Positions 27,811 to 38,279 are shown, numbered from the stretch's first letter. The stretch is 64,000 bases of DNA from Lentisphaeria bacterium (GCA_017541665.1 JAFXYP010000086.1:29784-93783); one strand, 5' to 3'. Translations and numbers: made by a program. Notes: generated by a model not told the origin, from the letters alone.

Positions 27811-28064
27811 GTGCCCGGAAAATGTTTTTTCGGCCTTCGTACCCTCGCGCAGCCGGACACTACTTCAACAGTGCTTGCACTGTCAACCGGAGAGCTTTTC
27901 TTTTTTTCCGGCAACGAAAAAAACGGGAACATTTACCGAAATGCGGTGTCTATGGCGAAAGACGGAGGTTTCCGCGCAGCGGACATGTTTCGCCGGGCTG
28001 AACGCCGGATCCGATTCCGATACAGCATTTTTCAACACCGACCCATTTGAGGAGATAACTTGGC

Positions 28065-29087
28065 ATGAGACAGGAAGAACTTCAGGAACTCCAAAGCAGA
28101 ATCTCGGACGCGTCCGCGTTCATCCGCCCGCTCCGCACCGAAATCGGCCGCATCGTCGCGGGCCAGGAACAGCTGATCGACCGCGTGCTGCTGTCGCTGA
28201 TCGCAAACGGACACCTGCTGCTGGAAGGCGTCCCCGGACTGGCGAAGACCCTGCTGGTGAAGACCGTGGCGCAGGCCATGGACGGCGCGTTCTCCCGCAT
28301 CCAGTTCACGCCGGACCTGCTGCCCTCGGACGTGGTCGGCACGACGATCTACAACCAGAACGACCATACGTTCTCGGTCAAGAAGGGCCCGGTCTTCGCG
28401 AACCTGGTCCTCGCCGACGAGATCAACCGCGCGCCCTCGAAAGTGCAGAGCGCGCTGCTGGAGTGCATGCAGGAACGCCAGGCGACCATCTCCGGGGAGA
28501 CCATCCCCATGCCGTCGCCGTTCCTGGTCCTCGCCACGCAGAACCCGATCGAGCAGGAAGGCACCTATCCCCTGCCGGAAGCCCAGGTCGACCGCTTCAT
28601 GTTCAAGCTGAAGGTGGACTATCCGACGCGCGAGGCGGAACGCTCCGTGATCGACCGCATGGCGCATCCGGAGACGAGCCTGCACGCGCTTGCCGTGGCG
28701 AAGCTCTCCGACATCGAAAACGCCCGCGAATGGGTCGACAGGGTCTACATGGACGAAAAGATCCTCGAGTACATCCTCGACATCGTGATCGCGACGCGCC
28801 CGAAACACCACGCGGAGCTCTCCAGCCGCCAGAACGGCGTGAAGCTGGGCGACCTCGCCGAGCTCGTGCAGTTCGGCGCATCCCCGCGTGCCGGCATCGC
28901 GCTCGCGCTCGCGGCGAAGGGGGCGGCGTTCCTCGAGGGACGCGCCTACGTGATCCCGCAGGACGTGAAGGCGCTCGCGCCGGACGTGCTCCGCCACCGC
29001 CTGATCCTCAGCTACGAGGCCGAAGCGGAAGGGCTCGACGCCGACAGCATCATCGAACGCATCCTGAACGAACTCCGCACGCCGTAA
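28065..29087 (+). CDS. MoxR-family AAA+ ATPase
   Basis: LLLEGVPGLAKT (Walker A), LADEINRAPSKVQSALLE (Walker B/sensor), RBS GAGGAG. Confidence 0.9.
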   Translation: MRQEELQELQSRISDASAFIRPLRTEIGRIVAGQEQLIDRVLLSLIANGHLLLEGVPGLAKTLLVKTVAQAMDGAFSRIQFTPDLLPSDVVGTTIYNQNDHTFSVKKGPVFANLVLADEINRAPSKVQSALLECMQERQATISGETIPMPSPFLVLATQNPIEQEGTYPLPEAQVDRFMFKLKVDYPTREAERSVIDRMAHPETSLHALAVAKLSDIENAREWVDRVYMDEKILEYILDIVIATRPKHHAELSSRQNGVKLGDLAELVQFGASPRAGIALALAAKGAAFLEGRAYVIPQDVKALAPDVLRHRLILSYEAEAEGLDADSIIERILNELRTP

Positions 29088-29158
29088 TCCACGGCCCGCA
29101 GCACGTTTTCCCTTCGCAGACACAAGAGGTTCCCAGTAATTTCAGCGAGGTTCACTCC

Positions 29159-30043
29159 ATGTTGACCAGAGACCTGCTCGCCAGGATCAGGAAAATCGAG
29201 ATCAAGACGCGGAAAGTCGTCGAGGAAATGACCGGCGGCGCCTACCGCAGCGTGTACCGCGGACGCGGCATCGAGTTCAGCGAGGTCCGCACATACACGG
29301 AGGGCGACGACGTCCGCGACATCGACTGGAACGTCACCGCACGCACGGGCGTCGCGCATATTAAGAAATATGTGGAAGAACGCGAGCTGACCGTGATCAT
29401 CGCGGTCGACATCTCGTCCTCCACGTTCTTCGGATCGGACGAGGACAACAAGCGCGACAAGATGGCGGAGACCGCCGCGCTCCTCGCATTCAGCGCCATC
29501 CGCAACAACGACAAGGTCGGGCTCCTGCTCTTCTCCGACCGCGTGGAATCCTACATCCCGCCGCGTTCGGGGCGCGCCCACGTCATGCGCGTGATCCGCG
29601 ACCTGGTCGCGACGCAGCCGCGCGGACGCGGCACGAACATCGCCGCCGCGCTCGAATCGCTCAGCCGCACGCTGAAGAAGAAAACCGTGATCTTCCTCAT
29701 CAGCGACTTCATGGACCAGGGCGACTTCTGGAAGCCGCTGCGGATCCTGAACCGCCGACACGACCTGGCGGCCATCCGCGTGGTGGACTCGCTGGAGACC
29801 GCCCTGCCGTCCGCCGCCGCGCTTGAGCTTGAGGCCTCCGAAACCGGCGAATGCTTCGCGTTCCCCGGCAGCAAGCTGGCCGCCACGCGCTACGCCGCCG
29901 CGCAGGAGCTCTTCGACCGCCAGCTCGAGGAAAACTGCCGCCAGGCGAAGGTGGACCTGATCGAACTGCCGTGCACGGGCGACATCGTAAAACCGCTGAT
30001 GGGATTCTTCCAGAAACGCGGCAAACGCAAAATCAGAGGCTGA
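29159..30043 (+). CDS. DUF58-family protein (VWA-like partner of MoxR)
   Basis: GIEFSEVRTYTEGDDVRDIDWNVTAR and IIAVDISSS, typical of DUF58. It lies within a spurious longer ORF starting at 27725. Confidence 0.85.
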   Translation: MLTRDLLARIRKIEIKTRKVVEEMTGGAYRSVYRGRGIEFSEVRTYTEGDDVRDIDWNVTARTGVAHIKKYVEERELTVIIAVDISSSTFFGSDEDNKRDKMAETAALLAFSAIRNNDKVGLLLFSDRVESYIPPRSGRAHVMRVIRDLVATQPRGRGTNIAAALESLSRTLKKKTVIFLISDFMDQGDFWKPLRILNRRHDLAAIRVVDSLETALPSAAALELEASETGECFAFPGSKLAATRYAAAQELFDRQLEENCRQAKVDLIELPCTGDIVKPLMGFFQKRGKRKIRG

Positions 30044-30052
30044 TACCCCATC

Positions 30053-31084
30053 ATGAAGTCAAGAATCATCGAAAAGACCTGGTTCCGGATGCTCCCGTTC
30101 ATCCTCGGCGCCATCCTGATCCTCCTGGTCGCCGCGGGCGCAGCGGTCGCGGTCCGCTGGCGTATGTCCGCGAAGGAGGCCGCCGATCCCGTTCTGCTCG
30201 GCGAGCCCGTTTACGAGTTCACGGAAAATGAAAAAGAGCCCGCCATCGGAGCGAAATTCCACGCGGTCCTGAAATACCGCCTGCCGTGGTCCGACTCCTT
30301 CAAGCTCGCCTCCGCCGAACCGGGCAAGAATCTTCAACTGATCTCCGAACCGGTTTTCCGGCGCACCGGCATCCGCTGGGGCTACTCCGACTGGACGCTC
30401 ACCGTGCCGCTTCAGGCATATCGCGGCGGGCAGTCGGGCGGCGGCTCCGTGCTTGCCGAATTCTTCGCGGGCAAGAGCATTGAGACGCCCCTGCCCGAGC
30501 TCAAAATCGCCGACCTGGTGCTGCCGTTGGACGACAACGGCACGGAGCTCTCGCTGGCGCCGCGCATCGAGACGCACGGCAGCCATTTTTCCCTGATCGC
30601 GACGAGCGTCATCGCCGTCGCCGTCATTCTCGTTTCGCTGGCTGTCTGGGCGCTTCTGGCGCACAGAAAACGCGAAGCCGCCAAACACATCAAGACGGCA
30701 TGGGAACGCGCCCTGGAGGCCATCCGCACGCTCCGCGGACAGGTCACCGCCGGGGCGGCCTCGCCGGAACTCGCCATCGCCGGGCTCACCGACATCGTCC
30801 GGCATTACCTGGAGGCGCGGTTCCATCTGCGCGCCGAACGCCAGACCACGCCGGAATTCCTGGCGGACCTGGAGCGGAGCGACCGTCTCCTGGAGGACAA
30901 GGACCGGAAGTTCCTGCGTTCGTTCCTGGCGTCCGCCGACATGGTGAAATTCGCACGCCTGCCCGCCGATCCGTACCTCTTCGAACAGGCATCCGCGAAG
31001 GCGGAAGAACTCGTCACCGGCACGATCCCGCGTGAGGACGGCGATCTGCATGCAAATCCGAATCCGGGAGGAGGCCGCAAATGA
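30053..31084 (+). CDS. two-TM membrane protein with DUF4381-like C-terminal module
   Basis: TM helix, ~190-aa exposed domain, second TM helix, then a cytoplasmic tail with ADMVKFARLPAD, as in the DUF4381 proteins of Bat operons. Confidence 0.5.
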   Translation: MKSRIIEKTWFRMLPFILGAILILLVAAGAAVAVRWRMSAKEAADPVLLGEPVYEFTENEKEPAIGAKFHAVLKYRLPWSDSFKLASAEPGKNLQLISEPVFRRTGIRWGYSDWTLTVPLQAYRGGQSGGGSVLAEFFAGKSIETPLPELKIADLVLPLDDNGTELSLAPRIETHGSHFSLIATSVIAVAVILVSLAVWALLAHRKREAAKHIKTAWERALEAIRTLRGQVTAGAASPELAIAGLTDIVRHYLEARFHLRAERQTTPEFLADLERSDRLLEDKDRKFLRSFLASADMVKFARLPADPYLFEQASAKAEELVTGTIPREDGDLHANPNPGGGRK

Positions 31085-32115
31085 AACTTGAATATCCCTG
31101 GATGCTTCTGCTGTTCATCCCGTATGCCGCGGTCCTGTATTTCGCCTGGACCCTGCATGCGCCGTCGATCCGCGTCCCCGGGCTGGCGCCCTTCAAACGC
31201 GCCGCGGGCAAGGGCCGCCGCCTGAACTGGCGCAAGCTGGTCCCGTTCGTGCTCTTTGCGCTCGGCGGAGCGGCCATGATCGTCGCACTGGCGCAGCCCC
31301 GCGAAGGGATCGAGGAAATCCGTTCGAAGGCAGACGGCATCGACATCATGATCGCGGTCGACCTTTCGCCGAGCATGAACGCCATCGATGCGCCCGCGCA
31401 TGTCACCGACACGCAGCTGCTGAACCAGCTTCAGCGCGGCACGCTCAAGAACCGCGTCGAGACCGCAAAGGACGAGATCGCGAGGTTCATTGAAGAACGC
31501 CCGAACGACCGCATCGGCCTCATCGCATTCGCCAGCCTGCCCTACGTGATGTGCCCGCCCACGCTCGACCACGCGTTCCTGCTGGCGAACCTGGAACGCC
31601 TCTCCGTCGGCCAGATCGGGGATGGGACCGGCATCGCGTCGCCGATCGCCAGCGCGGTAAAACGCCTGAAGGATTCCGAGGCGAAAAGCCGCATCCTGGT
31701 ACTCTTCACCGACGGTTCGAACACGGTCAACGGCCAGATCTCGCCGCGCGACGCCGGCAAGCTCGCCGACACGTTCGACATCACCATCTATACGGTCGGC
31801 ATCGGGTCCCGCCATGCCCGGATCCCCGTGCAGAGCCTCCTCGGCGGCGTTATCCTCCAGACCTACCCGGACGAATTCGACGAGCCGCTGCTGCGCGAAC
31901 TCGCGGACATGACCGGCGGCCGCTACTACCGCGCCGCCGACGCCAAAGGCATGGCGCAGGCCATGAGCGAGATCAACAAGCTGGAGAAAACCAGCGTGGA
32001 ACAGCCCGTCGTGGTCAACTGGCGCGAGCTTTATCCGTATTTCTGCTGGTTCGGGCTCGGCGCGATCCTGCTCGGGTTCTGCCTCCGCCAGACCGTCTGC
32101 CTGCGCCTGCCCTGA
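31081..32115 (+). CDS. VWA-domain membrane protein (BatA-like)
   Basis: ATGA overlap with the upstream gene. N-terminal TM helices, MIDAS IAVDLSPSM and a C-terminal TM helix. Confidence 0.8.
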   Translation: MKLEYPWMLLLFIPYAAVLYFAWTLHAPSIRVPGLAPFKRAAGKGRRLNWRKLVPFVLFALGGAAMIVALAQPREGIEEIRSKADGIDIMIAVDLSPSMNAIDAPAHVTDTQLLNQLQRGTLKNRVETAKDEIARFIEERPNDRIGLIAFASLPYVMCPPTLDHAFLLANLERLSVGQIGDGTGIASPIASAVKRLKDSEAKSRILVLFTDGSNTVNGQISPRDAGKLADTFDITIYTVGIGSRHARIPVQSLLGGVILQTYPDEFDEPLLRELADMTGGRYYRAADAKGMAQAMSEINKLEKTSVEQPVVVNWRELYPYFCWFGLGAILLGFCLRQTVCLRLP

Positions 32116-32393
32116 ACTGCGGCAGTACAACCCATTCCGCATTCTTTTCCGCATCCGCTCCGGGATCCGCTCCCGGAGCTTTTCTTCAATGCCATGCCCG
32201 GCGGAAGAAACCGGTGCTTTCCCCCCCTCATGCTTTTTACTTAAGATAAAAGCGGATTTTCTTTTCCGTTTTGCGCTTGACATTCACAGGGAGAGTCGCT
32301 ATATTAATAGAATAAGGCAAAACAACCCTGCCGGGACCGGAGCGCAACAGAGAAAAACGCATGGTCATCCGGCGTTCTCCCGGAGCATACAGC

Positions 32394-34943
32394 ATGAGCA
32401 AACATCTGGTTATCGTCGAATCCCCTGCGAAAGCGCGCACGATCGGACGCATCCTGCCGCCCGAATACATCATCAAAGCCTCCATGGGGCACATCCGCGA
32501 CCTGCCCGAAAATTCCTTCGGCGTCGATATCGAACACGATTTCGCGCCCCAGTACGAGGAAAGCAAGGCGCGCGGGCACAATCTCGGCGAACTGAAAACC
32601 GCCGCGAAGAACGCAGTCGACATCTACCTGGCATCGGACCCTGACCGCGAAGGGGAAGCCATCGCCTGGCACCTTCAGGAAGTCCTCCGCAAAATCAATA
32701 AGAAGGCGCATTTTCACCGCGTCTCCTTCCACGAGATCACCCGCAGCGCCATCAACCGCGCATTCCAGGCCCCCGGCGAGATCGACATGAACCGCGTTGA
32801 CGCCCAGCAGGCGCGCCGCGTGCTCGACCGCATCGTCGGCTACCAGATCAGCCCGCTGCTCTGGTCCCGCATCGAACGCGGCATCAGCGCGGGCCGCGTG
32901 CAGTCCGTGGCGCTCCGCCTGGTCTGCGAACGCGAACGCGAGATCCTGGCGTTCATCCCGAAGGAATACTGGATCTTCGAGGCCCTTTTCCAGCCGGAAG
33001 CCGCTCCGGGACGCTCCTTCCGCGCGAAACTGGCGAAAGTCGACGGAAAAAACGCCGACGTCGCGAACCAGGAACAGGCGGAAGCACTCCGCAAGCTCAT
33101 CGACGGCTCCTCCGCATGGCGCATCGCCGACCTGGAGACCACGCCTCGCCGCAAATTCGCGCCGCCGCCGTTCATCACCAGCACGCTTCAGCAGGCCGCC
33201 AGCTCCGCCATGGGGTTCACCGCGAACCAGACCATGCAGACCGCACAGCAGCTCTATGAAGGCATTACGCTCGAAAACGGCCCCGTCGGCCTCATCACCT
33301 ACATGAGAACCGACGCCGTGAACATCGCCGCCGAGGCGCAGGCCGCCTGCCGCGATTACATCGCCGCGACGTTCGGCGCGGATTACGTGCCGCCGAGACC
33401 CAACGTCTACAAGACCAAGGCAAACGCCCAGGCGGCGCACGAGGCGATCCGCCCCACCGACGTGAACCTGACCCCGGACAAGCTCCGTCCCTTCCTGAAC
33501 CCGGCCCAGCTGAAACTCTACACGCTGATCTGGCGCCGTTTCGTGGCGTGCCAGATGAACCCGGCCCTGCTCGAGACCACGACCGTCTCCGTCGAAAACG
33601 CCGCGCCGGCCCCGCACGTCTTCACGTTCCGCTCCTCCGCGACCGTGACCAAGTTCCCCGGCTTCCTCGCCGTGTACAACATCAAGGACGAAACCCACTC
33701 TCCCGAAGACGACCAGGACGAGACCGCTCCCGATCCAGAGCTCCTCGGATTGCTCCGCACCGGCACCGGCTGCACGCTCGCCGGATGCAGGCCGGAACAG
33801 AAGTTCACCGAACCCGCCCCGCGCTATTCCGAAGCCACGCTCATCAAGGAGCTCGAATCCAACGGGATCGGCCGTCCGTCCACATATGCCACGATCGTGA
33901 ACACCATCCAGGTCCGCAAGTACGTAAACCGCGAGAAGGGAAAACTCGTCCCGACGGACCTCGGGTTCCGCGTGAACGACTACCTCGTGAAATCCCTTCC
34001 CGAGCTCTTCCAGGTCGGATTCACCGCCGACATGGAAAAGAAGCTCGACAACGTTGAGGACGGCGTCGTCGAATGGACCGCCATGCTCCGCGATTTCTAC
34101 GGCGTCTTCTCCGAATGGCTCAAGGAAGCGAAGTTCGCCGACGCCCCGGACGACGACAAGGCCGCCGCACTCATCGGCATCCTCTCCGGATTCCAGGGCT
34201 GGGAAAAGCCCGTCGCGCAGCCCGGCGCAAAGCGCCCGTTCAATGAAAAGACCTTCTTCAACTCCGTCGTCGCCAAGAAGCAGTCCGGCGTCCCGGTCAC
34301 GGTCAAGCAGTGGAACGCTCTCCTCTCCATCGCGGCGAAGTACCGCGACAAGCTCGCCGGATTGGAGGAGACAGCCTCGAAATACGGCTTTACGAATGAA
34401 CTCAACGAGGCCCAGGAAAAACTGAACGCCCATCTGCAGGCGATCCGGGAACGCCAGACCGAACAGGTCGAAACGCCCAGGACCGAGGCCGATCCCCGTC
34501 TGGAGGCCGTCTTCCAGGCCGCGGAAAAGGTCAAATGGAACAAGGCCGAGCGCATCCGCGGCCGCGTGTACGACGATGCCGCGTTCGTGGAATCCCTCCG
34601 CAAACAGTACAAAGCAGGGAAGACCCTCAGCGCAAAGCAGATCGCCGCGCTTCTCCGCGTCATCCGCAAGTATCCCGGACAGTTCCCCGAAGGCGACCTC
34701 ACCGTCGCGACGCCCGTTCCCGAGCAGAACCCCGCCGAAAAGGCACAGATCGACGCTCTGCTGAACGCGTTCAAGTCGTTCGAAAGCTGGAACGAACCTA
34801 CGGTCCGCCGCGGACGCACGTTCAGCGACCGCGATTTCATCGCGTCCCTCGCGAAGCAGCACGCCTCAGGCAAGGTCCTCAGCGAAAAGCAGGTCGCCGC
34901 GCTGGAGCGCATGGCCGCCAAGTACAACTTGAAACCGGTATGA
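32394..34943 (+). CDS. topA: DNA topoisomerase I
   Basis: Toprim N-terminus MSKHLVIVESPAKARTIG, DPDREGEAI, and active-site region SGRVQSVALRL...YITYMRTD. The C-terminus is three ~65-aa repeats instead of Zn fingers. The ATG at 32394 is preceded by GGAG. Confidence 0.95.
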   Translation: MSKHLVIVESPAKARTIGRILPPEYIIKASMGHIRDLPENSFGVDIEHDFAPQYEESKARGHNLGELKTAAKNAVDIYLASDPDREGEAIAWHLQEVLRKINKKAHFHRVSFHEITRSAINRAFQAPGEIDMNRVDAQQARRVLDRIVGYQISPLLWSRIERGISAGRVQSVALRLVCEREREILAFIPKEYWIFEALFQPEAAPGRSFRAKLAKVDGKNADVANQEQAEALRKLIDGSSAWRIADLETTPRRKFAPPPFITSTLQQAASSAMGFTANQTMQTAQQLYEGITLENGPVGLITYMRTDAVNIAAEAQAACRDYIAATFGADYVPPRPNVYKTKANAQAAHEAIRPTDVNLTPDKLRPFLNPAQLKLYTLIWRRFVACQMNPALLETTTVSVENAAPAPHVFTFRSSATVTKFPGFLAVYNIKDETHSPEDDQDETAPDPELLGLLRTGTGCTLAGCRPEQKFTEPAPRYSEATLIKELESNGIGRPSTYATIVNTIQVRKYVNREKGKLVPTDLGFRVNDYLVKSLPELFQVGFTADMEKKLDNVEDGVVEWTAMLRDFYGVFSEWLKEAKFADAPDDDKAAALIGILSGFQGWEKPVAQPGAKRPFNEKTFFNSVVAKKQSGVPVTVKQWNALLSIAAKYRDKLAGLEETASKYGFTNELNEAQEKLNAHLQAIRERQTEQVETPRTEADPRLEAVFQAAEKVKWNKAERIRGRVYDDAAFVESLRKQYKAGKTLSAKQIAALLRVIRKYPGQFPEGDLTVATPVPEQNPAEKAQIDALLNAFKSFESWNEPTVRRGRTFSDRDFIASLAKQHASGKVLSEKQVAALERMAAKYNLKPV

Positions 34944-35587
34944 CCCGCATCAGCCGCACCAGAAGGATCGCTCTCTTTTGGGCGGCGGCGGCCCTGATCG
35001 CCGCCCTGGAGGCGGTCCTGACTGCGGCCTGGCTGGTCGGCGGGACTTCCCCGCGCGTCTATTCCTCCCTGGACGATATTCCGGCACGCGAGGCCGGAAT
35101 GGTCCTTGGAGCCCCGAAATATTCTTCGGGACGGCCGAGCCCCACACTTGCCGGACGGATCCGGGCTGCGGCAGAGCTCTATCACGCGGGAAAGGTAAAG
35201 ATGCTGGTCGTATCCGGCGCGGCCTATCCCGAAAGATTCTACGACGAGATATCCGCCATGACGCAGGACCTGGTCGCACTCGGCGTCCCGGAAGAGGCCA
35301 TCATCGGGGATGGGAAAGGGCTTCGGACGCTCGACTCCGTCCTCCGCATGCGCGGCGTCTTCGGGTATGACGACTTTATCACGATCTCCCAGCGCGGCCA
35401 CTGCAAACGCGCGCTTTATCTGGCGGAACATCACGGCATCTCCACCATCGGGTTCGAGGCAGGCATCCAGCCGGGCCTGTATCCGCATGAACGGCTTTCC
35501 GCCTCGCTCCGCGAGCCGCTGGCGCGCGTCAAGGCGGTCCTGGATATCGCGGTCGACCGCCGTGCGGAATATCCGGCCGAACGATAA
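34940..35587 (+). CDS. SanA/YdcF-family (DUF218) membrane-anchored protein
   Basis: ATGA overlap with the topA stop. N-terminal TM helix, then AGMVLGAPKYSSGRPSPTLAGRI ... VSG. Confidence 0.75.
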   Translation: MTRISRTRRIALFWAAAALIAALEAVLTAAWLVGGTSPRVYSSLDDIPAREAGMVLGAPKYSSGRPSPTLAGRIRAAAELYHAGKVKMLVVSGAAYPERFYDEISAMTQDLVALGVPEEAIIGDGKGLRTLDSVLRMRGVFGYDDFITISQRGHCKRALYLAEHHGISTIGFEAGIQPGLYPHERLSASLREPLARVKAVLDIAVDRRAEYPAER

Positions 35588-35604
35588 GATCGCCCCAAAC
35601 GGAC

Positions 35605-36345
35605 ATGGAGCTGAGAACAATGAAACCTGTTTCCGATACGGTTCTGATCCTGGCCGCGGGCGGCGCCTCCACCCGGTTCGGAGGAGGCTCGAAGCTTTTC
35701 GCGGAGCTGGACGGCATCCCGGTCTTCCTCCATGCCGTCCGCACGGCTGCCGCCGTGCTGGCGCCCGGCTCGATCATCCTGTCCGTCCCGGCGGCCGCCG
35801 AACACGATTTCCGCACCGCCGCGGAAAAGCATCTGCCCGGCGTCCCGCTGCATTTCACGCACGGCGGCGCGACCCGCACGCTGTCCGTCCTGAACGCACT
35901 CGAAGCGGCGGCGAAGCTCGGCGAAACACGTTTTCAGCTTGCCGCGGTCCACGACGCCGGACGCCCGATGCTCACGCCGGAACTTCTGTTAGCTTGTCTG
36001 GATGCCGCGCGGGTTCACGGCGGCGCCATGGCGTGCCGCAAAGTCGCCGAGACGGTCAAGCGCATCGCCCCGGACGGATTCCTCGGCGAGACCGTGCCGC
36101 GCGACGGCCTCCGCACGGCGGAGACGCCGCAGGTGTTCCATTTCGAACCGCTTCTGAACGCATACCGCCTCGCCGCCGTTTCCGGCGAGACCTTCACCGA
36201 CGACGCGCAGGTCATGGAGCGGTTCGCCCCGGTCCGCGTGTTCCCGGTCGAACACGAATTCCCGAATCCGAAGATCACGTACCGGCCCGACCTGGAGCTA
36301 TGCCGCACCCTGCTGCGCCTCCGCCACGAGGGAAACGACGCATGA
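35605..36345 (+). CDS. ispD: 2-C-methyl-D-erythritol 4-phosphate cytidylyltransferase
   Basis: ILAAGGASTRFGG.SKLF, VHDAGRP, and ETPQVF. The start could instead be the ATG at 35620. Confidence 0.85.
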   Translation: MELRTMKPVSDTVLILAAGGASTRFGGGSKLFAELDGIPVFLHAVRTAAAVLAPGSIILSVPAAAEHDFRTAAEKHLPGVPLHFTHGGATRTLSVLNALEAAAKLGETRFQLAAVHDAGRPMLTPELLLACLDAARVHGGAMACRKVAETVKRIAPDGFLGETVPRDGLRTAETPQVFHFEPLLNAYRLAAVSGETFTDDAQVMERFAPVRVFPVEHEFPNPKITYRPDLELCRTLLRLRHEGNDA

Positions 36346-38222
36346 AGCCGAAGGCGAAAGGCTCTTCGGTCCCGGATCCCGGCAAAGCCTTCCTGCGCCG
36401 CCGGGGCGTAAAGTCTTTTTATCTTCCGCTCGCCCTGATCGCCCTCGCCGCGGTCCTGCTCCGCATCGTCATGTCCGCGCAGGTCGCCGCGACCGATCCC
36501 TTCGCGTCCGATCCGCCGGACGTAACGGACATGGCGACCTACCACGCGCTTTCCCGCGGCATCCTGAACGGCGTTTTCCCGGCGGAATTCGTCTACCAGC
36601 CGTTTTATTACTCCGTCTTCCTCCCTGTCGTCAAGTTCCTGCTCCGCTCCGAATGTCTTGGCGTGGGCATCGCGCAGTCCGTCTGCGCCGGCGTCATCGT
36701 GTGGGTCGCCGGGCTGACCGGCGCGATGCTGAGGTCGCGGCGGACGGGTCTTCTCGCAGCGGCCCTGTGCGCGTTTTCCACGATGCTGTTCTTCTATGTG
36801 CCGTACGCGCTGATCGAGATCCAGCAGGCAATGTGGTTCACGTTGCTGCTGTATTTCACGCTGCGGGCGATGAAAACCGGGCGGCCGCTCCATTTCGCAC
36901 TCGCGGGCATGGTCCTGTCGTTCGCGATCCTCTCGCGCGGCAACGCGTGGTGCTTCCTGCCGGCGCTTTGTTTCGCGTATTGGACGGCCATGCGGCGGAA
37001 ACGCTTTCCGACGCGCGGAAAGGCCGTTCTGGCGGCGGTTCTCGGCCTTGCCGCAATCCTGCTCCCCCAGACGCCTTTCGCCGCCAGAAACACCCTTGCG
37101 ACGCATTCCCTGTCCGGTCCCTCGACCGCCGGCCCCGCGGTCCTCACGCTCGGCAACAACCCGGAATCGCCGCCCGGCGGCCTCCCGATCCCGTATCCGC
37201 CCACCTACGACGAGTGGATGGAGCACGCCGCCGAACGCTCCATCCCAGGCCGCATCCTGGACTGGTTCCGCGCGGAGCCGCTGGCATTCACCGTGCTTCA
37301 GATCGAGAAATTCTTCCTGTTTTTCGACGCGCACGAGATCCCGAACAACATCCAGTTGGGCGTGAATGCGACGGAAAGCGGCGTGTTCCGCATCTTCGGC
37401 ATCGTCCCGACCGGCCTGCTCATCGCACTGGCACTGGCGGGATTCTTCCTCGGCATACCCCGGCTGAAGAACCGTCCCGGCGAACTTCTGCTGCATCTCT
37501 TCCTCTTCCTGTACGCCCTCGCCACCGTGGCGTTTTACGTGCTGGCGCGGTTCCGCGTCCCGGTCATCCCGCTCTTCGCGGTCGGGGCGGCGATGTTCGC
37601 CACGGATTTCATGCGGACGGTCCGCGGCGGACGGAAAAACTCCAGGCACCTGTTGCTTCGTGTTCTCCCGGCGCTGCTCGCGGGTGCATATTTCGCATAT
37701 TTCTTCTACCCGGCCTATGCCGCCTGGTACGAACCCGGCGTGATGAGGCTGGCGCGGCCGGACGGCGTGCGGCTGGAGACGGCTTCGGCGCTGCTGACGC
37801 ACGACAACGGGCCGAATCTCCCGTACGGCTGGTTGTCGCTGCGTCTCTTCGATGACGGAAAAAGCGACGAGGCGTTTTCCAAGACGTTCTCCGCACGCGG
37901 GCTCGACCTCGCCAAATATTCGAAAGCCTACGTGACGGTCACGTTCTACACGGAACAGCCGCGCGTGGTCGACGTCGTCTGCAACGGCAAACGCGAGACG
38001 GTCTCCCTGGCTCCGCACGGTTCGTACCGCCTGCCGCTCATCCCGGTCCGCCTCGGCCCGTTCCCCGTTTCGCCGGACCTCAGATTCTCGTTTTCGTTCC
38101 CGGGGCTTGCGCCGGACATGATCGGACTGGCAGTCGACGAACACCGCGACTACGGACGCACGACCTACCTCAAGGAAGCCTTCCCGATGGAGGCGGTCGC
38201 AACCCTGGAGCTCGAGCCGTAA
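36342..38222 (+). CDS. GT39/ArnT-like polytopic membrane glycosyltransferase
   Basis: ATGA overlap with the ispD stop. About 10 or more TM helices followed by a soluble C-terminal domain. The family is assigned from architecture only. Confidence 0.55.
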   Translation: MKPKAKGSSVPDPGKAFLRRRGVKSFYLPLALIALAAVLLRIVMSAQVAATDPFASDPPDVTDMATYHALSRGILNGVFPAEFVYQPFYYSVFLPVVKFLLRSECLGVGIAQSVCAGVIVWVAGLTGAMLRSRRTGLLAAALCAFSTMLFFYVPYALIEIQQAMWFTLLLYFTLRAMKTGRPLHFALAGMVLSFAILSRGNAWCFLPALCFAYWTAMRRKRFPTRGKAVLAAVLGLAAILLPQTPFAARNTLATHSLSGPSTAGPAVLTLGNNPESPPGGLPIPYPPTYDEWMEHAAERSIPGRILDWFRAEPLAFTVLQIEKFFLFFDAHEIPNNIQLGVNATESGVFRIFGIVPTGLLIALALAGFFLGIPRLKNRPGELLLHLFLFLYALATVAFYVLARFRVPVIPLFAVGAAMFATDFMRTVRGGRKNSRHLLLRVLPALLAGAYFAYFFYPAYAAWYEPGVMRLARPDGVRLETASALLTHDNGPNLPYGWLSLRLFDDGKSDEAFSKTFSARGLDLAKYSKAYVTVTFYTEQPRVVDVVCNGKRETVSLAPHGSYRLPLIPVRLGPFPVSPDLRFSFSFPGLAPDMIGLAVDEHRDYGRTTYLKEAFPMEAVATLELEP

Positions 38223-38231
38223 AACGGAAAG

Positions 38232-38259
38232 GCCGCCGGATCGGGAGGATTCCGGCGGC
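38232..38259. terminator. bidirectional hairpin terminator between convergent genes
   Basis: GCCGCCGGA, 10-nt loop, TCCGGCGGC, with an A-rich 5' flank and ATTGGTTTATT on the 3' side. Confidence 0.65.
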
Positions 38260-38279
38260 ATTGGTTTATTGAGCTTGCG

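Noticed and set aside
27725-30043. 772-codon plus-strand ORF
   Set aside because: It runs through the rplQ terminator and overlaps the moxR gene in another frame. Only the DUF58 portion from 29159 is credible.
32304-34862. 852-codon minus-strand ORF
   Set aside because: Antisense to topA, with no motifs and no RBS. A high-GC artefact.
35310-38222. 970-codon plus-strand ORF
   Set aside because: Its 5' part overlaps the sanA-like gene and ispD out of frame. The real gene starts at 36342 with an ATGA overlap to ispD.
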